Below are positions 42,624-51,975 of a stretch of 64,000 nt of DNA, in pieces. The notes below the pieces were generated by a model. That model was not told where the DNA came from. It ran no database searches and saw only the letters and a list, made by a program, of their open reading frames with translations. The DNA lies in contig OY762007.1 in assembly GCA_963665115.1 (NCBI GenBank), positions 4,768,001-4,832,000 of the forward strand, read 5' to 3'. The first letter of the stretch is position 1. The number at the start of each line of letters is the position of its first letter. The translations under genes were made by a program, and so were the position numbers. The stretch is from an uncultured Rivularia sp. (lineage in GTDB: Bacteria > Cyanobacteriota > Cyanobacteriia > Cyanobacteriales > Nostocaceae).

Positions 42624-43475
42624 ATGAAAGAAATAAAAACACATTTATTAAAAATAGCTAATAATACAAATCGTTCTTTAGAAGAAATATTAACTTACCA
42701 CTTACTTGAAAGCGTTCTACGTCGAGTTTCCAATTCAATTTATGTAGATGAATTAGTGTTGCGCGGCGGAATGCTTACCAGACTTTGGGTTCCAGCGGAA
42801 AGAAGAATTGCTGAAGATGTTGATTTTCTAGGTTTGTATGATTTTGATATTGAAAATACGAGAGAAAAATTTAGGAATATATTAAAAAATACAAATAAAA
42901 ATACGAACTTTGCAGATGAAGTTACATTCGATCTTGACTCCTTGGAAGTAACGGGAATTTGGTTAGAAAGCGAATTTCCTGGAGCGCGAGTTAATATTGA
43001 TGCTGCATTTGCAGACTATCAAAAAAATATTCAAATAGACGTTGGTTTCGGAGATCCAATAGTTCCAGCAGCACAATGGATTGATTATCCAATGTTGACT
43101 ACAGAAAAAGTTAAATTGCAGGCAGCAACCGCAGAAACCATGTTAGGTTGGAAGCTACATGGCTTGGTAGAACAGGGATTCAAACGCTGGCGACCTAAAG
43201 ATTTATACGATTTAATGCTGTTTACTTCATATATAGAATTAGATGAAACAAAAGTTCGAGCAGCTATTTCTACGGCTTTTAGCAGTCGCAATACAACTTT
43301 AGAAGAAATTTATTATATTTTATCGACACCAGAATGGTGGGATAGAAGTAAAAATCGCGGTAAATGGAAATGGTATATTCGCCGCAAACCAGAACAAAAG
43401 ATGCCGGAATTTCTTTCAATTGTGGCGATGGTGACGCAAAGATGGGAAGGTACGGTGAAAGATATTTTAGATTAG
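42624..43475 (+). CDS. AbiEii/AbiGii-family nucleotidyltransferase (type IV TA toxin-like)
   Basis: LVLRGG, R...DVDF, IDVGFGDP, KL, RPKDLYD. Confidence 0.9.
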   Translation: MKEIKTHLLKIANNTNRSLEEILTYHLLESVLRRVSNSIYVDELVLRGGMLTRLWVPAERRIAEDVDFLGLYDFDIENTREKFRNILKNTNKNTNFADEVTFDLDSLEVTGIWLESEFPGARVNIDAAFADYQKNIQIDVGFGDPIVPAAQWIDYPMLTTEKVKLQAATAETMLGWKLHGLVEQGFKRWRPKDLYDLMLFTSYIELDETKVRAAISTAFSSRNTTLEEIYYILSTPEWWDRSKNRGKWKWYIRRKPEQKMPEFLSIVAMVTQRWEGTVKDILD

Positions 43476-43491
43476 ATTTTAGATTTTTTAA

Positions 43492-43547
43492 GTTTGTAGT
43501 AGGGGCTTTAGCACTTCCATGTGAGGGCTAAAGCCCCTACTACGAGC
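43492..43547. repeat. REP-like palindrome, family A
   Basis: GTTTGTAGTAGGGGCTTTAGC...GCTAAAGCCCCTACTACGAGC. Confidence 0.8.
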
Positions 43548-43617
43548 AAAAATCTCCTACGCAAAAAACCGGACTTGCTAACAAGCCCGGTTTCTAAAGT
43601 TTAAACTCAACTAACCC

Positions 43618-44574
43618 TCAGCCAACCAATAAACTAAATTTATCGCCGACAAAACTTACTACACGATGGGTAACGGGTAGACTATCAATTACCATACCCA
43701 AACACAACAGCATCATGTAAGAAATGGAATAAAGAAACATTCCTTTAGCCGAACTACGATCTTGAGGATTATGTAATAATTGCCACGCTTTACGAATAAA
43801 TACTGCTCCCAAACACAAAGCAATAGTAGCGTAAATAATTCCTACTGAATGTAAGGGATAAACCAGTAAAAACGTTGCTGCAACTGTTACAAGGGTATAC
43901 CACCAAATTTGCTTAACTGTTGCTTCCTCTCCCGCAACTACTGGTAGCATTGGTACGTTTACTGCTGCGTAATCATCCTTAATCATCAATGCTAAAGACC
44001 AGAAGTGTGGTGGAGTCCAAACAAAGACAATACCAAATATCAACCACGCAGTTGGACTTAAAGTACCTGTTACCGCAGCCCAACCAACCAAGGCGGGAAT
44101 TGCTCCTGCTGCTCCCCCAATGACAATATTTTGAGTGCTATTGCGCTTCAGCCAGTGGGTGTAGATCAACAAGTAAAAAGCAATCCCAGACATTGCTAAG
44201 AAAGCAGAAAGCAAATTAGCAAATATACTAAGCAGCGCAAAAGAAGCTACAGCTAAAACGATGGCAAAAATTAAAGCATCGCGGGGTTGTACTCTACCAG
44301 AAGGAATGGGGCGATGTCGGGTACGCTCCATATCATAATCAATATCGCGGTCGTAAATACAATTGATTGTTTGGGCGCTAGCAGCCGCCAAAGTACCACC
44401 AGCAAGAGTTACTAATAACAATATGGGATTTACTTCTCCCGATGCAGCTATCCACATACTTCCAGCAGTGGTAATCAGCAGCAAAGGAATAATGCGAGGC
44501 TTAGTTAGCTGGTAGTAACTTTGAATAACTTGTAAAAACGTCGAGTGTCGTGGAGAGACATTTGTCTCAATCAT
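43618..44574 (-). CDS. ctaB: Protoheme IX farnesyltransferase (heme o synthase)
   Basis: LTKPRI, DRDID..M.RT..RP, WTPPHFW. Confidence 0.97.
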   Translation of the reverse strand: MIETNVSPRHSTFLQVIQSYYQLTKPRIIPLLLITTAGSMWIAASGEVNPILLLVTLAGGTLAAASAQTINCIYDRDIDYDMERTRHRPIPSGRVQPRDALIFAIVLAVASFALLSIFANLLSAFLAMSGIAFYLLIYTHWLKRNSTQNIVIGGAAGAIPALVGWAAVTGTLSPTAWLIFGIVFVWTPPHFWSLALMIKDDYAAVNVPMLPVVAGEEATVKQIWWYTLVTVAATFLLVYPLHSVGIIYATIALCLGAVFIRKAWQLLHNPQDRSSAKGMFLYSISYMMLLCLGMVIDSLPVTHRVVSFVGDKFSLLVG

Positions 44575-44647
44575 CTTGGTAATGGTTCCTTATTTTTTAA
44601 CAATTTATATGCTGTTTTTGCCTTTGCAGGCTGTTAGCGTCGAACAA

Positions 44648-44770
44648 ATTAGTTATTAGTTATTAGTTATTAGTTGTTAGTTATCAGTGACCAGTGACCA
44701 GTTAGCAGTTACCAGTTACTAATTTATAATTCACTACTAACTACTAACCACTAACTACTAACTACTATCA
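44648..44770. repeat. Opposed STRR arrays (TTAGTTA... / ...ACTACTA)
   Basis: Heptamer tandem arrays in inverted orientation between ctaA and ctaB. Confidence 0.75.
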
Positions 44771-45742
44771 ACTAACATCACTTGTAGCAGATGAATTCAA
44801 CTCCTGGTTGTAACCTGAAATACTGCGAGTGTCCATCCAATCGCGGATTGCAAGAACTGTAAAAACGACTAATACTCCTAGTAAAGAAGCCCCAATCGCT
44901 TGATGGGTAACTGTAAGAGGTTCTACTTGTAAATGTAAGCGGAAGGTCGCAAATCCTAAGATAATCTGTAATATTAGTAACCCACCTGCAATATTTGCTA
45001 GCTTCCGTAAAGCCGGATGTAGTGCTGGCGTGCGCCATGACACAAATACCAAGGCTAATGTCGCGATAGTTGGCGGCAATAAACCGAAAATATGGGTGTA
45101 CATGACGGTACAAAGTTGATCCCCACCAAAACATTGATGCAATGCCCAACGCGAACCGACTAAGGCACCTAACAAACTTTGTAAATAAACCAAAACGCTA
45201 GCAATAACAGATATTGCAGGTAACTTACCACCCTGTCCCGTCGCCTTGTAAGGTGTAAGAGCCGAACCAATAACCAGTAAAGTTGTGAAGAAGAATAATG
45301 CAGTTCCCAGATGAGCGGTAACGATATCAAACCGCAAAAGCTGAGTAACTGTAAGTCCTCCCAAAATACCTTGGAAGACTATTAAAAATAGGGCAAACGT
45401 ACAAGCCCAGGGCAGCCATTTTGGTAAAAAACGACGATTCCACCAAGATGTTCCAACTAAAAATATGGCACTAAACCCAATTAGTGAAGCATCTAATCGG
45501 TGAAACCATTCTAGGAAAACTTGGAAATTCATTTGTTTCGTTGGCACAAGTTTCCCATAGCAAAGCGGCCAATCCGGACAAGCAAGTCCAGCATTCATCA
45601 CGCGGGTAGCGCTACCGATCGCCATCAAAATCAAAGTAGCGATCGCCATTTTCCACACGAGACGGCGAATTTTATCTTTTTGCGATTGTTGCTCTGTTAT
45701 CGCAACTTGGTTTTGTTGTTCTAAAGCAAATTGGCTCATCAA
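44768..45742 (-). CDS. ctaA: Heme A synthase
   Basis: GLACPDWPLC, EWFHR, QGILGG, VTAHL. Confidence 0.95.
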   Translation of the reverse strand: MMSQFALEQQNQVAITEQQSQKDKIRRLVWKMAIATLILMAIGSATRVMNAGLACPDWPLCYGKLVPTKQMNFQVFLEWFHRLDASLIGFSAIFLVGTSWWNRRFLPKWLPWACTFALFLIVFQGILGGLTVTQLLRFDIVTAHLGTALFFFTTLLVIGSALTPYKATGQGGKLPAISVIASVLVYLQSLLGALVGSRWALHQCFGGDQLCTVMYTHIFGLLPPTIATLALVFVSWRTPALHPALRKLANIAGGLLILQIILGFATFRLHLQVEPLTVTHQAIGASLLGVLVVFTVLAIRDWMDTRSISGYNQELNSSATSDVS

Positions 45743-46166
45743 CTGTACCTTTTTCTTATGCCCGGAAACCCGAGCTACAACATCATAATTTAATTACGCA
45801 AACACTCTCGTCTCCACCCTAGCGCAAACACCTGCGTAGGATACGAATCCCTTCACTTATACTCTGGATCGCAAATCAAGAATGTAGCCAAAAGCTTTAG
45901 AGATTTTTTAGGTTGTGATGAATTGGGCATGGAGAATTGGGGATTGGACATTGGAAATTGGTAATGGGGTATCGAATTTTAGATTTTAGATTTTGGATTG
46001 AGAGTTATAAGTTAACTTTCTTCCCCCTCTCTCCCCGTCTCCCAACTACGGAGTCTAAAAAATAATAAAGATTTTTACTTGTTACACTCAATCCTAAGGC
46101 GGTGGATTAACTTAGTATGTGGGTAGTTCTTAAATAATCTAGTAAATCCGTTAACTGTTATTAACC

Positions 46167-47189
46167 GTGAATATTCCAAGTACAATCTGGACGTTATTAA
46201 TTGGTATTCTGCTGACCTTAACCAGTTTCTGGTTCGGTCAAAATCATGGCCTATTGCCTGCTGCAGCTTCGGATGAGGCTGTTCTGGTAGATGGCTTGTT
46301 TAATACGATGATGACTGTTTCTGTAGGCATATTTCTCATCGTTGAAGGTGTTTTGATTTTTAGTGCCTTCAAATACCGCCGTCGTAAGGGAGATGATACA
46401 GATGCCGAACCGATTCATGGTAATGTACCGTTAGAAATTCTCTGGACGGCAATTCCAGCTATCATTGTTCTCGGTATTTCTGTTTACAGTTTTGATGTAT
46501 ACAATTCAATTGGCGGATTTAATCCGATGGAGGCTCAGGAATCTCCTATAGCTCCGCAAGCCACATCAATGCCTGGTGCAGCTATAGCAGCAACTTTAGA
46601 CAATCCTGATGCTTCAGATGTCAGAAATATCGACCAGCTTCCCGAAAAAGAAAATGCTCCCGCTACGGGTATAGTTTCTCCTAAAGTAGGCGCTAGTCCT
46701 AAAAATCAAGGTAAACAGCCGGATTTGTTAGTAAAAGTTACTGGTTTGCAGTATGCTTTCCTGTTTAACTATCCTGACAGTAATGTTTTTTCTGGTGAGT
46801 TACACGTTCCCATTGGTAGAGAAGTAAAACTCGATATGGCGGCAAATGATGTAATTCATGCTTTTTGGGTGCCGGAATTTCGCCTTAAGCAAGATATAAT
46901 TCCCGGAATGAATACGGAACTTCGGTTTACACCTAAAACAGTAGGCGATTACAAGGTAATTTGCGCCGAACTTTGCGGTCCTTATCATGGTGCCATGAAT
47001 ACGAAAGTTATTGTTCAAACACCATCCGATTTTGATAGTTGGATTAAAGAACAGCAAGTTGCAAGCAAAGAAACGTTTAATCAGGCAGTTGCTGTTAACC
47101 CCGCAGAACAATCAGCGGATGAATTTCTTTCTCCCTACACCAGCGAGATGGGAATTTCATCAGAAATGCTACACCAAATTCACAATTAA
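46167..47189 (+). CDS. ctaC: Cytochrome c oxidase subunit II
   Basis: LEILWT, DVIHAFW, CuA site CAELCGPYHGAM. Confidence 0.97.
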   Translation: MNIPSTIWTLLIGILLTLTSFWFGQNHGLLPAAASDEAVLVDGLFNTMMTVSVGIFLIVEGVLIFSAFKYRRRKGDDTDAEPIHGNVPLEILWTAIPAIIVLGISVYSFDVYNSIGGFNPMEAQESPIAPQATSMPGAAIAATLDNPDASDVRNIDQLPEKENAPATGIVSPKVGASPKNQGKQPDLLVKVTGLQYAFLFNYPDSNVFSGELHVPIGREVKLDMAANDVIHAFWVPEFRLKQDIIPGMNTELRFTPKTVGDYKVICAELCGPYHGAMNTKVIVQTPSDFDSWIKEQQVASKETFNQAVAVNPAEQSADEFLSPYTSEMGISSEMLHQIHN

Positions 47190-47190
47190 T

Positions 47191-47219
47191 TGTAGAGACG
47201 TAGCATTGCTACGTCTATA
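47191..47219. repeat. GTAG-type REP-like hairpin
   Basis: TAGACGTAGCA-T-TGCTACGTCTA-like stem (TGTAGAGACGTAGCATTGCTACGTCTATA) immediately after the ctaC stop. Confidence 0.6.
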
Positions 47220-47325
47220 GGTTAGTGGTTAGGAGTTAGTGGTAAATAAACAACTATCAACTATCGACTAACAACTTTCACCCGGAGGGTGTGGATCATC
47301 AAATATCAAACAATAAAGAATTTTT

Positions 47326-49059
47326 ATGACACAAACACAGTTGGAACAAACCAACCATACAACTGATACTTTACTTAATCCTCAGAGAAAATGGTGGGAG
47401 TATTTTACTTTTAATACCGACCATAAAGTGATTGGGATTCAGTACTTAGTTACTACATTCATTTTTTACTGTATCGGCGGTTTGATGGCGGATTTGGTTC
47501 GCACCGAATTGCGGACTCCTGCTTCAGACTTTGTAAGTCCAGAACTTTACAATAGTTTGTTTACGCTGCACGCTACAATCATGATTTTTCTGTGGATTGT
47601 GCCAGCGGGTGCGGGTTTTGCTAATTATCTGATTCCCTTGATGATTGGGGCTGAAGATATGGCTTTTCCTAAATTAAATGCCCTTGCATTCTGGATGGTT
47701 CCTCCTTCTGGCATATTGCTAATCAGCAGTTTGCTTGTTGGGGATGCACCAGATGCAGGTTGGACTTCTTACCCTCCATTGAGTTTAGTTACCGGGCAGG
47801 TAGGTGAGGCAATTTGGATTGGTAGTATCCTGCTGCTGGGTACTTCTTCTATTTTGGGTGCCATTAATTTTCTGGTAACTTTGTTGAAAATGCGTGCCCC
47901 AGGTATCGGTTTTCATCAATTACCGTTGTTTTGCTGGGCAATGTTGGCTACCTCAGCACTGGTTCTGATTTCAACCCCAGTGTTAGCAGGCGCATTAATT
48001 CTACTTTCTTTTGACTTAATTGCCGGAACTGCATTTTTTAACCCAACTGGTGGTGGGAACCCGGTAGTTTACCAGCATATGTTCTGGTTTTACTCGCACC
48101 CTGCGGTTTACATCATGATTTTGCCTTTCTTCGGGGTAATCTCTGAAGTAATTCCGACTCATTCCCGCAAACCGATTTTTGGTTATAAGGCGATCGCCTA
48201 TTCTTCTCTGGCAATTAGCTTTTTGGGTTTGATTGTTTGGGCGCACCATATGTTTACCAGCGGTATTCCTGGTTGGTTGCGGATGTTTTTCATGATTACC
48301 ACTATGGTGATTGCCGTACCTACTGGTATTAAAATATTTAGTTGGTTGGCTACAATGTGGGGTGGGAAAATCCGTCTCAACAGCGCGATGCTTTTTGCAA
48401 TGGGCTTCTTGGGTATCTTCGTAATTGGCGGTATCAGTGGCGTAATGTTAGCTGCGGTGCCTTTTGATATCCACGTCCACGATACATATTTTGTCGTTGC
48501 CCACTTGCATTACGTGTTATTCGGCGGTTCGGTTTTGGGAATTTTTGCCGGTTACTACCACTGGTTCCCCAAAATTACCGGACGATTGGTTAATGAAACC
48601 TTGGGTAGAATTCATTTTGCCCTAACAATTGTCGGTATGAATATGACTTTCTTACCGATGCACCAATTGGGTTTGATGGGTATGAATCGCCGTATCGCGA
48701 TGTATGACCCCAAATTTGCCGCTATTAACGAATTTTGTACCTACGGTTCCTACATCTTGGCAGTATCCACATTACCCTTCATCATCAATGTGCTTTGGAG
48801 TTGGAGGGCTGGTAAAGAAGCCGGTAATAATCCTTGGGATTGCTTGACATTGGAATGGATGACTGCTTCACCACCAGCAATCGAAAACTTTGAGTCACAC
48901 CCTTTCCTGATTATCGGGCCTTACGAATACGGAACCGAAAGAGCGCAACAAGTTGTAGCTTTATCTCGTACCGACGATCCATTCGGTAATGCTAAATCTC
49001 CGGCACCAAAAACCAGAGATGACGATGAATCGTATCCGGCGATCGCAGCTGAAGCCTGA
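47326..49059 (+). CDS. ctaD: Cytochrome c oxidase subunit I
   Basis: DHKVIG, HPAVY, WAHHMF, HLHYV, RR. Confidence 0.98.
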   Translation: MTQTQLEQTNHTTDTLLNPQRKWWEYFTFNTDHKVIGIQYLVTTFIFYCIGGLMADLVRTELRTPASDFVSPELYNSLFTLHATIMIFLWIVPAGAGFANYLIPLMIGAEDMAFPKLNALAFWMVPPSGILLISSLLVGDAPDAGWTSYPPLSLVTGQVGEAIWIGSILLLGTSSILGAINFLVTLLKMRAPGIGFHQLPLFCWAMLATSALVLISTPVLAGALILLSFDLIAGTAFFNPTGGGNPVVYQHMFWFYSHPAVYIMILPFFGVISEVIPTHSRKPIFGYKAIAYSSLAISFLGLIVWAHHMFTSGIPGWLRMFFMITTMVIAVPTGIKIFSWLATMWGGKIRLNSAMLFAMGFLGIFVIGGISGVMLAAVPFDIHVHDTYFVVAHLHYVLFGGSVLGIFAGYYHWFPKITGRLVNETLGRIHFALTIVGMNMTFLPMHQLGLMGMNRRIAMYDPKFAAINEFCTYGSYILAVSTLPFIINVLWSWRAGKEAGNNPWDCLTLEWMTASPPAIENFESHPFLIIGPYEYGTERAQQVVALSRTDDPFGNAKSPAPKTRDDDESYPAIAAEA

Positions 49060-49065
49060 TAACTA

Positions 49066-49180
49066 ACATCTTGTACCATTTTCAATAAGTCCAAAGAAAC
49101 CGGGTTTCTAAGAGTGAAAACATGATTTTTCGTTTATCCATTTGCAAGAAACCCGGTTTCTCGTCTCCGATGCAAGATAT
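49066..49180. repeat. MITE-like palindromic element, family B
   Basis: ACATCTTGTACCA...CGATGCAAGATAT ends; internal GAAACCGGGTTTC and GAAACCCGGTTTC. Confidence 0.6.
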
Positions 49181-49209
49181 CCCAATACCAGGTTTCACAA
49201 GTAATAATT

Positions 49210-49357
49210 AGTAAGTAAAAAGTAATAAGTAACACCTTTCCCGCTCATGGTAGAGGATTCAAGTAATGAATGCAGGTTTTTATTCGTCTTTAAAAGACGA
49301 GGCTTTATACCATACTTCGGGCAATATTTATTACTTTTTACTTCTTACTTCTTACTT
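49210..49357. repeat. Inverted-repeat element bounded by AAGTAAAAAGTAATAA / TTATTACTTTTTACTT
   Basis: 16-bp perfect inverted repeat; internal hairpin TCGTCTTTTAAAAGACGA. Confidence 0.6.
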
Positions 49358-49403
49358 AAGCCCGAAGGGCTTTGGTAAATCCTTTTTACTCAATTAAAAA
49401 TTT

Positions 49404-50027
49404 ATGCAAAGTTCAGCAATCGATCCAGCAAAAACAGAACAAAATCACCATCGTGCAGCTACCGTAGAAGCACAACACGCAGAACATCCAGACCATCGGC
49501 TGTTTGGATTAGTTGTATTTCTCGTCGCTGAAGGAATGATTTTCTTGGGTATGTTCGGTGCATATTTTGCTTTCCGTTCTACTTTAGCCGAATGGCCTCC
49601 CGCAGGCACCCCAGAGTTAGAATTATTGCTTCCTGGAATTAACACCATAATTCTAATTTCTAGTAGTTTTGTAATTCATAATGCCGATTCCGCGATTAAA
49701 AAGAACAACGTGCGGGGAATGCAAATGTGGTTTGCGATTACCGCTATTATGGGAATTATCTTTTTGTGCGGTCAAATTTACGAATACAAACATCTAGAAT
49801 TTGGTTTAACAACTAACTTATTTGCTAGTGCATTTTACGTATTAACAGGTTTCCACGGATTGCACGTTACCGTCGGAGTTTTAGCGATATTAGCTGTATT
49901 GTGGCGTTCTCGCAAACAGAATCACTACAGCGATCAGCATCATTTCGGTATCGAAGCGGCTGAATTATATTGGCACTTTGTTGATGTAATTTGGATTGTG
50001 CTTTTTGGAATTTTGTATCTGCTTTAA
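49404..50027 (+). CDS. ctaE: Cytochrome c oxidase subunit III
   Basis: FLVAEGMIF, TGFHGLHV, YWHFVDVIW. Confidence 0.97.
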   Translation: MQSSAIDPAKTEQNHHRAATVEAQHAEHPDHRLFGLVVFLVAEGMIFLGMFGAYFAFRSTLAEWPPAGTPELELLLPGINTIILISSSFVIHNADSAIKKNNVRGMQMWFAITAIMGIIFLCGQIYEYKHLEFGLTTNLFASAFYVLTGFHGLHVTVGVLAILAVLWRSRKQNHYSDQHHFGIEAAELYWHFVDVIWIVLFGILYLL

Positions 50028-50052
50028 GTACTTTTTGTAGTTTAAATATTTG

Positions 50053-50080
50053 AAAACCCCCAGCGTTGGGGGTTTTTTGT
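50053..50080 (+). terminator. Intrinsic terminator of ctaCDE
   Basis: AAAACCCCCA-gcgt-TGGGGGTTTTTTGT. Confidence 0.85.
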
Positions 50081-50169
50081 TTAATAGTATAAATAAAAAA
50101 TAAATGTATTAGTTATGAGAAGTCCGAGCGCCTCTCTTGCCGATCTTATGTTTAATTGATTTTGAGCCG

Positions 50170-50225
50170 TTTCGTAGTAGAAAATGCGCGTCCTAAATCT
50201 GGGGGCTAAAGCCCTTACTACGAAC
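50170..50225. repeat. REP-like palindrome, family A
   Basis: TTCGTAGTAG...GGGCTAAAGCCCTTACTACGAAC. Confidence 0.7.
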
Positions 50226-50314
50226 TTGTTAAGCTTTATTATTTTTACTAACAAAAACTTCCTTTAATACACTTTGCAGTTTTAAAATTCTATAGGTACA
50301 AGATTATCTGAGAT

Positions 50315-50635
50315 ATGGCTTTAAAAATTATTCAAAGTTTTGATAGTAATTTCACTTTAGAACCAGAAGCTAAAGCAGCTTTATTTGAACTGTTAACAAA
50401 CGAAAGTTTTCTAAAGCAGGTTTGCCAGCAGTCAAAATGCGAACAAGTAGAATTTACAGAATTGTTATTTCAGCCGGTTCCTTACAGCAGCGCTACACCC
50501 AAAGGAATGCCAGCAGAATTTGAGAAATATCATGAATCTGAAGAGTACGCAATTCTAAACGTACCGCCGAATTTTATGTTTAAAGCCAAGATTTTTAAAC
50601 CAAGTCGGCTATGTGCGATTTATCGAAAAACTTGA
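50315..50635 (+). CDS. Hypothetical protein
   Basis: 106-aa ATG ORF with plausible composition; no motif recognised. Confidence 0.7.
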   Translation: MALKIIQSFDSNFTLEPEAKAALFELLTNESFLKQVCQQSKCEQVEFTELLFQPVPYSSATPKGMPAEFEKYHESEEYAILNVPPNFMFKAKIFKPSRLCAIYRKT

Positions 50636-50721
50636 TAGTAGTTAGTGCTTAATGGTTAGTTGCTAGTTGTTAACTGTTAGCCTCAAATAATTAATTGATA
50701 ATTGATAATTGTTAACTAAAA

Positions 50722-51270
50722 ATGGCTACACAAACAAATATTCCCGAATTAACGAGTTTAGATTTTATTCCTTATATTGATGAAAACGGGAACTTACCGG
50801 AACAATATCAAGGAGAAATTGGAGTTTACGCAATATTCGATCGAGATAAAAACCTACAATTCGTCGGTTACTCCCGCGATGTTTTCCTTAGTCTTAGACA
50901 GCATTTAGTACGACAACCGGAATTTTGCTATTGGGTAAAAGTAGAAACTATTGAACGTCCTAGCCGTAAGATTTTAGAAGAAATTGAACAAGCTTGGATT
51001 GCGGAAAATGGTAGCGTACCTGTAGGAAATGGAGAAAATAAAGATAAATGGGTTTCTCCAATTGATGCAAAAGCTTTGATTACTCCCGAAGAACAAGCTA
51101 ATTATGATAGTCCAGTCATTGATGAAATGGCGAAGATGAAAATTATTAAAAATGTAGCGCGGAGAGTTGAAGCTGATATCTTGAAACAGTTAGAAGCGCG
51201 GGGTTTGCAAATGCAGGTTCGATTTAATCCCAAACTGAAGGAAGAAGGTTTGCTGGATTTGAAATCTTAA
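50722..51270 (+). CDS. GIY-YIG-like domain protein
   Basis: GVYAIFD...QFVGYSR...E.AWI..N...P.GN. Confidence 0.8.
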   Translation: MATQTNIPELTSLDFIPYIDENGNLPEQYQGEIGVYAIFDRDKNLQFVGYSRDVFLSLRQHLVRQPEFCYWVKVETIERPSRKILEEIEQAWIAENGSVPVGNGENKDKWVSPIDAKALITPEEQANYDSPVIDEMAKMKIIKNVARRVEADILKQLEARGLQMQVRFNPKLKEEGLLDLKS

Positions 51271-51477
51271 TTTTTGGTGAAAGGCAAGAGGGGCAGGGTA
51301 CGGGGTACACAGAATCATATATTCCTTCTGTTTCCCGTAGCCTGTTCCCTATTCCCCATTCGCTACTCAAAACAAATAATTTCAGAGCTTTCACGATACT
51401 AATTTCCGAAATATTAAGTTATAACAAGAAACTGTAAAGTAAATTTTTTCAAACTTTTAGGAAAAGAATATAAACTT

Positions 51478-51915
51478 ATGGAGCAAAATATTTCTCCCCT
51501 ACCTCATAAAGTTATCGGTGTCGCTGTAATTTGGAATGAAAAAGAGCAAATTTTAATCGATCGCCGTCGTCAGGAAGGAGCGATGGGGGGTTTATGGGAA
51601 TTTCCTGGCGGCAAAATAGAACCAGGTGAAACTATTGAAGAATGTATTAAAAGAGAAATTGATGAAGAGTTAGCAATAGATATTCAAATCGGCGAGCATC
51701 TTATAACCATCGATCATACTTATAGCGATCTACGAGTTACTCTCACCGTACATGAATGTCGGCATATTAGAAGAGTTCCCCAACCATTAGAATGTGACGA
51801 AATCCGCTGGGTAAACTTAGAACAATTAGAACAGTTTAATTTCCCCGCTGCAAATTTCCAAATTATTACAGCCTTACAACAGAAAGCAGCTAACCGAAAA
51901 CAGCTAACAACTTAA
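51478..51915 (+). CDS. mutT: 8-oxo-dGTP diphosphatase (Nudix)
   Basis: WEFPGGKIEPGETIEECIKREIDEE Nudix box; FPAAN. Confidence 0.9.
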   Translation: MEQNISPLPHKVIGVAVIWNEKEQILIDRRRQEGAMGGLWEFPGGKIEPGETIEECIKREIDEELAIDIQIGEHLITIDHTYSDLRVTLTVHECRHIRRVPQPLECDEIRWVNLEQLEQFNFPAANFQIITALQQKAANRKQLTT

Positions 51916-51975
51916 AGCATCTAACTGCTAAACACCTTTGAGCGGATAATTGTTAATTGATAATTGATAACTGAT

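Noticed and set aside
50722..51270. GIY-YIG protein as a homing endonuclease or mobile element
   Set aside because: No intron, intein or element ends are visible; it looks like a conserved chromosomal cyanobacterial family.
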